The notes under the pieces are model-generated. The model saw nothing but the letters and a program-made list of their open reading frames with translations, searched no databases and was not told the origin of the DNA. Positions 54,212 to 64,000 of a stretch of DNA of 64,000 bases are shown piece by piece. The stretch comes from Monocercomonoides exilis PA203 (taxonomy: Eukaryota; Protista; Preaxostyla), in NCBI GenBank assembly GCA_001643675.2, contig LSRY02000050.1:248001-312000 (forward strand). The letters run 5' to 3'. The translations under genes and the position numbers were made by a program. The number at the start of each line of letters is the position of its first letter. The stretch's first letter is position 1.

Positions 54212-54590
54212 TCTGCTCGTTGTATGCAAATATTTATTTGATGCAAAACTTCATATTCAACGAAAAAAATCACAAAAAACAGCAAACATTGTTGATGATT
54301 TCGCAAAACAAAAGGTTTCACAAGCAGTTTTAAAGGTTCCGCTGTATACAAGCTTGTGCAAAAAGCGGAGTGCAACAAAGCCAAGAAGTCTCGCTGTGCA
54401 ACACCAGAAGCACAAATCTTTTGTTTGTGACGATCAAACCCACAGTCGATTCGAAATGGAAAATATTTGAAAATTCTTCGAATTCTCCACAACTGTGATT
54501 CAAGCTTTATCTCATATATATGCGAATGTTTGTTGCGTTTTGAAAATGAGGTTTGGTGGACGAGAAACAGGAAGGAAGGAGGATTGAATT
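53600..54590 (-). repeat. ~1-kb inverted duplication of 20427-21420, including ~380 bp of upstream sequence
   Basis: Near-identical non-coding and coding sequence; both yield the MWRIRRIFKYFPFRIDCG ORF. Confidence 0.95.
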
Positions 54591-57549
54591 GTTGGCTTGA
54601 AAATAACCATTCTCATTTGTGAATAATTATCAGACTGAAAGAAAGACTGTGCGACATTCACTTTCTGGACACGTTTGTTCGTTTTCATTTTCAATTTTCA
54701 ATTTTCTTTTTCTTTTGGTTGAATATTCCCTGTGATTTTGTTTCTGTTCAAAAAAGCTGAAAAAAATCACAAAAAATCATGAAATGAGGCCTTGAAAAAA
54801 TAAATCCAAAATGGAAAGAGGAAATGAAATGAGATGTTTTTTCATAGCCAAGAGTGGGTGCTCAAAGAAAGTCAAGTCGCAGAAGGCCAATGAGCTTTGA
54901 TTGTGAAAACATTGTTGATTATGGAGAAATGGATTGTTGAAGGACTCGTTTTGAAGGCCGACTCCAACACAGAAGATGTCCAAGGATATTGTTGCAGGGG
55001 CAGCAGCAATGGCAAACACCAGCATTTTTCTTTGGGGTTTGTCGAACACTTTGGGGAGAAGAAGCTGTTTGGATCAAGTTGAAAAGGGAATGGAAGATGA
55101 GTGCAACAAAGTCGGCTTCGCAATGATATGGATGAGAGAGATGATGAGTCAACAGATTGGCTTTCCCCACATGGAATGATAACATGGATGCGCCGCAGAC
55201 AAAAGGAATCAATCCTCTGATTCAGTTTGCATCCCATCCGAACAAAGATGTTTGGATTCATTCTGTTTATTATCTGTCTCCCTCAGACAGTCCAGAAACA
55301 CACACCCCTGTCTCAACGAGAGCAGGATGGTGTGATGGGATTGCCGAACGAAAGGATGTCCTTTCAGACTTTTCATCAGCCCATCATTTTTCTTCATTCA
55401 GAGCATTTGTCCAAAAGAAAGCAATGATTTCCCCCCTTTTCAATAACCTGCTTTTTCTGAGCTGAAACCCCACAAAAATTGCTCTGTGCACAGCGTTGCT
55501 GCCTTCGCTGAGCACATTTCTGATTATATTTTATTTCTTTTGCAGGCATTTCATGGACATCGAGAGAATGACAACAAAACCCAATTATCACAACCACAAC
55601 TGTTGCAATCCCCATCAACTTGATTGTTCTGAATTCTTCTGATGGAGCAGCAAATTGAAAGGAGCCTTCCGTGGTCTCACCAAGTTCCACTTGCATTTGT
55701 GATGAATGAATGAATGACCCATGTCCAACTTCGCATTCATGAAAGTTGCTTTCTTTCTCTTCTTCACATTCACCAGCATCCAATCATTCAGCCTCTTGTC
55801 CGATTTTGTCTTCCACTGCTTCTGATTGAATTTCTTCACCTTCTGCTTCCGAATCAGAGATCATGAGAATTGTGGAGAAGGAGCAGAAAAGAGTGGAAGA
55901 CGAAGGAGTTGGAAAGAAAAAGAAGAAAAAGAGAGGGACAAGAGGGATAAGAGGGAAAAGAGTGGAAGATATGAAAAAGAAAGATTTGCAGAAAGTGATG
56001 AATGGCTTGTTGATGGAAAAAGGGTATTGCCTGAGTGAAAGTGAACTGACGGAATTATTTGATGAATGACTTTTCTCACGAAGATTTGCAGGATTCGAAG
56101 TCCATTGATAAAGGCAAATAGTTTTTGGATTGGATGTTGGTTGACTCTTGAAGCTGAGGGGAAAAGGAAAAGAAAGGAAAGGAAAGAAAGGAAAGGAAAG
56201 TGGGTAAAAGTCAGGCAAAAACAGTTGTCCAAGGAATGAATCAGCCTTGAATGACAGAAAATCAATTGAAGTTGCACAATTGTTGGAAATTGGGTGAGGG
56301 TTCATTGCAGTTGGAAGAGGAATTGGAAATGGGGATAGGAAATGCATCTGATGAGGGAGAATTGAATTGGTTGCATGATTAATGAGGCCATTTGATATCT
56401 TTGGCAACGAAGGAGAAGACGAGGACAGAGGAAGGGCGAAAGGGGAAATGTGTGTGAAAAAGGAAGAATTGGGCGAGAAATCGACAAAGAAGAGGCAAAG
56501 GGGGTGAAGACGTGTGAAGAGAGAAGAGCAGGAAAAGTGTTTGGGATGAGTTGCATGTTGAGCTGCTGGTGCATTTGCTGTGAAAATAAAAAAAACAAAA
56601 AGGAAATGTGAGAGAACGTGTGGAATGGCCTTTCTTGCTCATGGGATGCAAAGGAAGCAGCCTCTGGCAACGATTGCACACAAAGAATAAGTGCAGGAGG
56701 CAGTTTTGCTGCTTGGGAAACGAAGAATGGACACTCTTTCTGAACACATGGAAATCAAAAGAGAATGCATTTATTCTGCATTTGAGCAATCTGTGAAAAA
56801 AGAAAAAGAGAGAGAACGAGCCATGTGCACTTTGTGGGATTTGAGTTGCATTTTGTTTTTTCTTTTTCTTTTCTTTTCTTTTCTTTAATTTGTTTGATCC
56901 GAATGATTGCTTTCCGATTCGAGAAGAAAGTGTGCAGGTGGCAGTTGACTGCACGAAAAATGTGTTTTGCGATTTCCATCTTTCTTTCCCCAAAAACACA
57001 AACATCATGTTTTCTGTTGGGAAGTTGTCGAGCTCGTTGCCAATGTGTTGTTGTGCATCCTTGCTCTGGCACTGCTGTTGCGAGCATTCGCTGGCCTCTT
57101 GCAAGGGTTCAGCTTGAAATCCTGAAACCTTGATTGGTTATGACTGGCAGGATCTGTTTGAGCCAAAGGAATTAGAACCCATCCGAAAAGGAGGAATTTC
57201 TTTCAGAGCGTTGAAGAATGAACCGTTCTGCCCTTTTGTTGCTTTGGCGACCGGGTTCAAACCGAAACACTCCAATCTGCCTGATGCTTTGAAGCAAACA
57301 CGCTCCATCCCACTTTTGGATGGCTGGCACTGCCAAAAGGCCAAGTGCTTTTTGATTATCTTCCAGCCTCAGATTCCATTGCGACAAAGGGCCTTCAACG
57401 AATATGGAATCCGCTCGTGATTTCACCTGAAGAAAATAAACATCCACTCGAATTCCATCGATTTTTGGGAAAGCTCTGAGAACTGCACCAGCCAAATTCT
57501 GAGGTGATGCAAGAAAAGATGAACAAGAGAAATGAAATTCACGCAGCAC

Positions 57550-57900
57550 CCTTCGTTTCCCCAAACACACGCACACACACCAAATCGTCCACAACAATCG
57601 ATGGCCTCATCAAACATTATTTTTTGCCTCTCCTTCCTTCTCATCTTTTTCCATTGATTCAAACTGTTTTATTCTCATTTCCTTCTTCTTCGTCTTCTTT
57701 CTCTTCTTTTTCCTTCAAATTTCTCCTGAAATCCAGCTCCTTCGCATAGACCTCTTTCAAATTTCCATCGCACATCGACTGGTGAGTGAAAAAGGTCCAC
57801 ACAAATATGAAGAGTGTTTTCCTCTGAAATTCATTCTTTTGATGATGTTCAATGATTTCTGCATTTTCTTCCATAAATAGCACTTCTGTTGCATTCTGTT
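57550..57900 (-). pseudogene. Highly diverged family A exon-3 remnant
   Basis: EVLFMEENAEIIEHHQ...VWTFF...DGNLKEVYAKELDFRR aligns with ELYLKEITEIIKHQQ...AW.FL...D..LEEVIVNELHF.RE. Confidence 0.55.
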
Positions 57901-58194
57901 TGTATTTGTTAATACATTTAAGTATTTCTGATATGATTCTGTTTGGGAGCAAAAAATATCAATTTGGCTGGAAAATAACATTTTTGTGAAATTTGAGTTG
58001 ATGTATTTCCCGATTTCCATGCTCAACAGACATGGACGAGAAAGAAAAATAATAGAATTATATTTAGTACCATATATAAATAAAGAAGGCGAATGCTGAA
58101 TGGCTTTTGGCGAGAATGATGAAAAAGGATTTGTTTGGAGAGAAGTTTGTAAAGGCATTATGATCGAATGATATTTGATGATTATCACGGCGCA

Positions 58195-61100
58195 ATGGAA
58201 GATATGGCGAGGGTGTGTGCTGCGCTGCGGTTGGGCATAATTTTAGTAGTGTGTGTGTGGGCGGGGCTGGGGTGTGGGGCAGAGAGCGGGTGGGGGTGGA
58301 GGAATTGTTCAGAGAATGGAATAATTGGGGCCGTGGGCGGGGCGGGGTGTTTGGGGCGGGGGAGGGGAGCGGGGAGAATATGGGAGGAGGGAGGGGCGGA
58401 TGCGGTGCAGGGGGGCAGGAGCGGGGTCGGGCGGGTGTGGGGCGCTGGAAGCGAAGTGTTTGGAAAATTGGAATTTTTGAATGCGTCGGGGGCGATAGAA
58501 GGAATTGGGCTATTTGTGGGGGCGGGCAGGTGTGCGGTGCAAGTGGACAGGCTGAGCAGCGTGAGGGTTTTTGGGGGCCGGGTGAGGGTGGTTGGGGCAG
58601 GCGTTGATTGGAAAATGTTCTGTGTGGCGGGGCAGCTTGGCTTGGAGAACATGAGTGTGAGCGGGGCGAGGGGGCGGGAGCGCGGCGGCGGTGCTGTAGT
58701 CGGCGGGCTGTTGAGGGGCGGGGTGTTGGAGGAGGGAGGGTGTGTTGGGATGTTGGGGAGTCGATTTGAGTCGATGGGAGCAGGCAGTTCGGGGCTGGTG
58801 GAGGGGCGGGGCGGGATGGATGTGTGTGTTGTGGGGTGTGTGTTCAGGAATGTGACGGGGTGCGGGAGGGGCGGTGGCCGGGGGGCCGGGAGGTTGGGAG
58901 GGAGTGTGTTTGTTTGTGGAAGCCGATTTGAGAGGTGTGTGAATGAGTTGTGTGGGGGCATTGTTGGGTGTGTGGGGTCGGGGATGCGGTTTGAGTCGGC
59001 GAACAACACATACAGCGGGAGCAGGCGGGGAGGGGAAAGGGGGATTTGGGGGAAAGAGGGGAAAGAGGGAAAAGAGGGGAAAGAGAGGAGGCTGGGGAAC
59101 AAAGTGTATGAGAAGCAACAGATAGTGAGGGAAGAGGAATGCAGTTTCTATGGAGACGAGTTTTTGAACTGCACGGCGGAGGGGTCGGATGGCGGGGAGG
59201 ACTCGACAAGCACGTGTGGCGGGGGCATTTGCGTGATGGGGAGCGGGAAGGGGCGGGTGAGTATTTCAGTGTGTGTGTTTCGGGGCTGTGTGGCGCGGCG
59301 GAGCGGCGGGGGTGTGTATGTGTTGCGGGGGTTGGAGGTGGTGGTGAATGAGACGGCGTTTGCGAATGTGGGGTGTGTGGGGCGGGATGGCGGGGGGCTG
59401 TATGTGCGGGATGTCAGTGCTGGGGCTGTGGTGAATGTGGAGATGGTGGATGTGTATGGGATGCGATGTGGGGCGTTTGTGTGCCTGGTAAATGTTGGTG
59501 TGGGTGGGGCGTCAGGGGGGTATATGGAAGAGGGAAGAGGAGGAGAAAGGGATGAGGGGAATGAAGGGAGTGAAGGGAATGAAGAGAGAGGGATGTGGAA
59601 AGGAGAGGGAGGGAAGCTGCTGGAGAATGTGACGTTTGTGGTGGAGGATGATGGAGGGGCGGGGAAAGGGCGGTGTGTTGGGTCAGTGTTTGTGGATCTT
59701 CGGGGAAGGAATGCTGTGAATGGAGAGAAGAAGAGGGGGGAGGGAAAGGCAGCGAGGATGAGGAGAAGATGGGGAAGTGAATTTGCAGAGGAGAGGGGAG
59801 AAGGAAAGGGAATAGGAAAAGGTGAGAGAAAGAGGGAGAGAGTTGGGGGAAGGGATGGAAGGGAAGGGGGAGCAGGGGTTGGGTGTGTTGTGTCTGAGCT
59901 GAATTTTGAGCGGACGTATTGCGAGAGCTGTGGAGGGATTGTGGTGGTGTGCGAGGGGTGGGGGGATGACTTCTGGGAGAAGATCGGAAGGGAGGGGAAT
60001 GGGGAAATGGAAGAAGAAGCTGATGGATTTGGTGATTGGGATTCAGGAGGCGTGAAGGATGGCGAGCGATCGAGCTCATTTCATTTGTCTTCCTCTTCTT
60101 CTTCTTGTTCTTCTTCTTCTTCTCCGCCTTCCTCCGCTTTTTGTTCTGGAAGCTGTGCGGCTGTGCAGGATGCGCCCTGCTTCTGGTGCCAGTTCAGCAC
60201 ATTCTCGTATGTGAGTGGGTCGCGTGGGGAGGAGCCGTTCTGGTTTTCGTGTTTCAGCGATTTTGTGATTTTTGATGGGGCGCGTCAGCTGGCGCCGGAC
60301 AGAAACGTGTTTGTGGAGTGCTTCAGCACGAACACGCTGAAGGTCGGGGCGCTGATATGGTCGTTGGAGAAGGAAGGGGAAGATGGCAATGAGGATTGCA
60401 TTCATCATTCATCATCATCATCATCATCTTCTATATCATTTTCTTCTTCCCATTCTTCATCGATTTCGTTCATTGATGTGTCGTATTGGGTGACAAGCAG
60501 CACGGTGAGGTGTGTGTCGTCGATGTCTCCGTCGGCGAGCAACAAGGAGACGTGCGGGCTTTTGTGTGGGGAGCCGTGCCGGACGATTGGGGCAGCGATT
60601 TCGAAGCAGTTTCCGCGGTATTCGGTGGGGATTGAGGTTGGGGAAGGGTGGCTGAGGGAGGAGAAGGCGCCGATTGAGGTTGGAGGGCGGAGGAGAGGGA
60701 GGACGGAGGTGCATGGGCTGTCAGCTGTGCGGTGTGTGATTGACACGACGAATGTTGTTGGGTGGAGGGGAGAGAGGAGCGAAGAAAGAGAGGAGAGAGA
60801 GGAGAGAGAAGAAAGAGAGAGAGAGAAAAGCAATTTTGGAGAGAGAACTTCGAAGAGATTGGGAAAAGGGGCAGAACATTCATCATCTTCCTCTTGTTCA
60901 TCCTCTCCATCTTCCGCATCGATGAGCGCATTTGTCTCGACAGCTATGAGTCTGTTTGTGATCCGGGGGTGCACATTCAGCATGAATGGGGTTGGGGTGT
61001 TCCACAATGTGAGTGTGGAGAGGAACAGAGAGCTGATGTTGTTTGTGGTGGAGGAGGAAGCAACAGCGGAGTTTTATTCTGTGTGCATTTCGTCTTCGCC

Positions 61101-64000
61101 TTCTTCTTTTCATTCATTTTATTCGCCTTCCCCTTCCCCTTCCCCTTCTTCTTCTTCTTCTTCTTCTTTAAATTCGTCTTCTTCTTCTTTGAATTCGTCT
61201 CCAACAACACTTGAAAGCACTTCGTGTGAATCATTTCGATCACTTCACTCAACCCATCCCATTTCACTCACATCATCAACTCATTCATCATCTCATTCGT
61301 TTCAATCATCCTTTTCTTCCTCTTCCCCAATAACAGCCCCTCTGATTTCATCGCATGGGCTGTGCCGAATTGGGCTGTACCGGACGAACATAACGAGCTT
61401 TATGGTGTCGTGGGTGTCTGCCATTGATGTGAGAGATGGGAAGGAGGTTTGTGTGTCTGGGTGTGTGTTCAGGGAAGTGAGTCAGAATGGAGAAGGGCCA
61501 TGCTCGCTGAGATATGAGAGCAATGGTGAAGGAAGAAGGAATGATTTTGAATCCATTTATTCATCATCATCATCATCATCATCCATTTCTTCTTCTTCTT
61601 CTTCTTCTTCTTCTTCATCTTCCTCGTCTTCTTCTTCGTTGTCGGTTTGTTGCGTCAAGCTGAACGAGAGTGTGTTTGAGCTGAATGAAGGGGCTGGGTC
61701 GTGCTGGGGCGGGGCGTGTGGGGTGTGTGTGGGGCGGGCGGGGCTGCTGGTGGTGAGCGGGTGCACGTTCGGGAACTGCACGGCGGAAACAGAGGAGTGC
61801 GGGAAAGGAGGCGGGATAGCGGTGGACTTGGCGAGGCACAGGCCAGTGCTGGAGGAAGGGCAGGTGCTGCGGGTGAGCAGCGTGGCATGCTATGGGAACA
61901 GGGCGAAGTATGGGAAGGATGGGTGCTTTGTGGTGTATTCGGAGAAAGAGCAGCTGGAGGAGGAGCAGTGGCGGGTGGATGTTTCGAAGCTGGAGAGTGT
62001 GGAGAACAGTCTTGTTGGGCTGAAGCGGATTGGGGAGAATGGGAAGAGGAATGGGAATGGGAATGGGAAGGGGAAGGGGAAGAGGAAAGGGAATGGAATG
62101 AAATGGAAGGAAAGAGCAGGAAGAGCTGGAGGGAGGAGGAGGAGTGTGGGGCATTTGATGAGTGGAAGAGACGGAAATGAGGGAGGAGAAGGAGAGGCAG
62201 TTGTCGCTGAATATGAATTGCTGGACATCATCAAGCTGTACTGCTCGATGCAGGAGAAGGCGGTGTATGTGGATGGAGTGTCGGGGGTGGACACGCAAAC
62301 ATGTGGGGCGCATGTGGAAGAGGCCTGCAAGACGTTTTCTCGAGCACTTTCTCACATTGATCACTCAGATTATTCTCGTTTATTTGTTTTGAATACCACT
62401 GAACTTTATTCAAGCGAGGTGTTATCACAAGTGATGATAAGCAGCTTCAAAAGTACTTATCAAAGTCAGTTGCATATTCATACGGATAGCAAGCAAAGCT
62501 ATTTTGATTCGATTGGCTTAGTTTGGTGTGAGAATAAAGTTGAAATAACGGAATTGCAGTTGATTCTGAATGAAAGCATGATGGGTGATGTCTCCTGTAT
62601 TTTTAAGCTTTCGAATGGAAGTTTAAGTTTTCAGAAGGTCTTTGTGTTTGCAGAGCTTGATTTGCAGATGCGTTATTCACTTATCTTTGGAGAAATAGGA
62701 AAGGTCAAAATTGAAGATTGCGATTTCTCGTATTTGGGCTTGTCCTTGCCTTTGATCACTATTTTCCCTCAATGTGCGATCGTCATAAAGTCTTCGAGGA
62801 TAATAGATGTAGATATCACAGCCAATGGATGCCTTTTGAGGTGTTTTACGAACGGGATGAAAGAAGAATCTATTGTTCTTGTGGATAACTTGACCGTTTT
62901 GAATGTTATGCTGCATGAAAGCTGTTTGGTGGAAGCGTGTCCCAGTGTGATACTCGGAGAAATGGAAGGAGAAGGAGGAAATGGAAGAGGAAGAGGAAAA
63001 AACAGAGAAATGAAAAGCCAAAGAGAAGGAGGAAGAGAAGGAGAGAGAGACGGAGAAGTGAAAAAAGATACTGAAAAAGAATCACATGAAAAAGGATTGA
63101 AGAATCTGGAGAGAAAAATTAGAGGTTCAATAAGAAAGCAATCAGCAGCGATGAATCATCAAAAATATTGGATATTCAAGAAGTATTCTTCAAATTCTAC
63201 GTCTTCTTCTCCTCCTCCTTTTTCTTCTATCAACAAAGAATATTATAATGATAATAAGGAAAAGAAGAAGAATAAAGGCAACAATATGTTCTTCATCCGA
63301 ATCGAGGAATCTTTTTTCTCTGACATTATTTGCTATTCTTCTTCTTCCATTTTCAACTTCATTTGCGAAGGAGAAGAAATTTTCTTGGTTAATTGTCAAT
63401 TTATGCGTTGTTCCTCTTCAACAGAAAATCAGTTTTTTGGATATTTTGAAAACGCAGATGCCAAATTTGAAGGGATTGAAGTTAAAAATGCGGAAGTTTG
63501 GAATTCGATTTTGGAGGAGGAGGAAGAGGAAGAAAAAGCAAATGAAGAAAAGGAAAAGGAAAAATCTCTTTCAAGTGGCACTCCTTCTGTTGACTTTGAT
63601 TTATCTCGATTTAAATATCCATCTATGTTGGCATCATTTTCCTCTTCTTCCATCTCTTCTTCCATTCCTTCAACAACTTCCTCTCCTTCTCATTCTCCTT
63701 CAACCACTCCATTCACCTGCCACATCACTCAAAATATCTTTCTTTTTACTAACTGCTCCATTTCTTTCTCAACTTCTAATTTCTCCTTCTGTCAATGTTG
63801 CCCTCTTCATTTAAAAAATAGCATTGCAAATCTTTCAAACATAACATTTTCAAATAATTCGCCAGGCTTTGAATCATTTCCGTCGTTCAGAAGAAATGTG
63901 TATTGCGATAATAGTAATCTGACGCTGGACAATGTGGTGGAAGAAGAAGAAGAAGAAAAAGAAAAAGGCAACGTTGATGATGATTATATAAATGATAACG
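58195..64000 (+). CDS. Large secreted/surface Cys- and Gly-rich beta-helix-type protein, >1,935 aa, 3'-truncated by the window edge
   Basis: Frame from ATG 58195 is open wherever read through to the window end (absent from the ORF track, presumably because it has no stop). Signal-like N-terminus (LRLGIILVVCVWAGLGCGA); FxNC...GGGI/GGGVY repeats; TCG...PCRTI and TCG...ACKTF modules; FPSFRRNVYC. Confidence 0.88.
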   Translation, partial: MEDMARVCAALRLGIILVVCVWAGLGCGAESGWGWRNCSENGIIGAVGGAGCLGRGRGAGRIWEEGGADAVQGGRSGVGRVWGAGSEVFGKLEFLNASGAIEGIGLFVGAGRCAVQVDRLSSVRVFGGRVRVVGAGVDWKMFCVAGQLGLENMSVSGARGRERGGGAVVGGLLRGGVLEEGGCVGMLGSRFESMGAGSSGLVEGRGGMDVCVVGCVFRNVTGCGRGGGRGAGRLGGSVFVCGSRFERCVNELCGGIVGCVGSGMRFESANNTYSGSRRGGERGIWGKEGKEGKEGKERRLGNKVYEKQQIVREEECSFYGDEFLNCTAEGSDGGEDSTSTCGGGICVMGSGKGRVSISVCVFRGCVARRSGGGVYVLRGLEVVVNETAFANVGCVGRDGGGLYVRDVSAGAVVNVEMVDVYGMRCGAFVCLVNVGVGGASGGYMEEGRGGERDEGNEGSEGNEERGMWKGEGGKLLENVTFVVEDDGGAGKGRCVGSVFVDLRGRNAVNGEKKRGEGKAARMRRRWGSEFAEERGEGKGIGKGERKRERVGGRDGREGGAGVGCVVSELNFERTYCESCGGIVVVCEGWGDDFWEKIGREGNGEMEEEADGFGDWDSGGVKDGERSSSFHLSSSSSSCSSSSSPPSSAFCSGSCAAVQDAPCFWCQFSTFSYVSGSRGEEPFWFSCFSDFVIFDGARQLAPDRNVFVECFSTNTLKVGALIWSLEKEGEDGNEDCIHHSSSSSSSSISFSSSHSSSISFIDVSYWVTSSTVRCVSSMSPSASNKETCGLLCGEPCRTIGAAISKQFPRYSVGIEVGEGWLREEKAPIEVGGRRRGRTEVHGLSAVRCVIDTTNVVGWRGERSEEREEREEREEREREKSNFGERTSKRLGKGAEHSSSSSCSSSPSSASMSAFVSTAMSLFVIRGCTFSMNGVGVFHNVSVERNRELMLFVVEEEATAEFYSVCISSSPSSFHSFYSPSPSPSPSSSSSSSLNSSSSSLNSSPTTLESTSCESFRSLHSTHPISLTSSTHSSSHSFQSSFSSSSPITAPLISSHGLCRIGLYRTNITSFMVSWVSAIDVRDGKEVCVSGCVFREVSQNGEGPCSLRYESNGEGRRNDFESIYSSSSSSSSISSSSSSSSSSSSSSSSSLSVCCVKLNESVFELNEGAGSCWGGACGVCVGRAGLLVVSGCTFGNCTAETEECGKGGGIAVDLARHRPVLEEGQVLRVSSVACYGNRAKYGKDGCFVVYSEKEQLEEEQWRVDVSKLESVENSLVGLKRIGENGKRNGNGNGKGKGKRKGNGMKWKERAGRAGGRRRSVGHLMSGRDGNEGGEGEAVVAEYELLDIIKLYCSMQEKAVYVDGVSGVDTQTCGAHVEEACKTFSRALSHIDHSDYSRLFVLNTTELYSSEVLSQVMISSFKSTYQSQLHIHTDSKQSYFDSIGLVWCENKVEITELQLILNESMMGDVSCIFKLSNGSLSFQKVFVFAELDLQMRYSLIFGEIGKVKIEDCDFSYLGLSLPLITIFPQCAIVIKSSRIIDVDITANGCLLRCFTNGMKEESIVLVDNLTVLNVMLHESCLVEACPSVILGEMEGEGGNGRGRGKNREMKSQREGGREGERDGEVKKDTEKESHEKGLKNLERKIRGSIRKQSAAMNHQKYWIFKKYSSNSTSSSPPPFSSINKEYYNDNKEKKKNKGNNMFFIRIEESFFSDIICYSSSSIFNFICEGEEIFLVNCQFMRCSSSTENQFFGYFENADAKFEGIEVKNAEVWNSILEEEEEEEKANEEKEKEKSLSSGTPSVDFDLSRFKYPSMLASFSSSSISSSIPSTTSSPSHSPSTTPFTCHITQNIFLFTNCSISFSTSNFSFCQCCPLHLKNSIANLSNITFSNNSPGFESFPSFRRNVYCDNSNLTLDNVVEEEEEEKEKGNVDDDYINDN

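Noticed and set aside
54780-57450. ARM-like and membrane-anchor-like ORF fragments
   Set aside because: Short, on mixed strands and interrupted; probably decayed genes, but no family can be supported.
58185-62430. Pro/His-rich minus-strand ORFs
   Set aside because: Antisense shadows of the G-rich plus-strand gene.

Overview
AT-rich eukaryotic nuclear DNA with short GT-AG introns (mostly GTTTG/GTATG donors) and the standard genetic code. The gene families and Ser/Glu low-complexity tracts resemble an oxymonad genome such as Monocercomonoides; this is inference, not checked. Housekeeping content: a 5-exon exosome RRP41 gene, one dispersed 5S rRNA gene and a 6-exon F-box plus TMEM185-like membrane protein gene. 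Divergent from RRP41 is a ~2,850-aa disordered protein with a PAM2 motif and several hydrophobic-x-F-G motifs. A >1,900-aa secreted beta-helix-type ORF runs off the right end and is absent from the ORF track. Accessory content: a PIF/Harbinger/ISL2EU-class DDE transposase whose frameshifts fall in or beside homopolymers; at least five copies plus remnants of a 3-exon helical-protein family ('family A') that look like recombinant mosaics; a 3-kb cluster of six adjacent or nested inverted-repeat elements; a ~1-kb degenerate palindrome; a 1.55-kb (TTA)n array; and many decayed pseudogenes.
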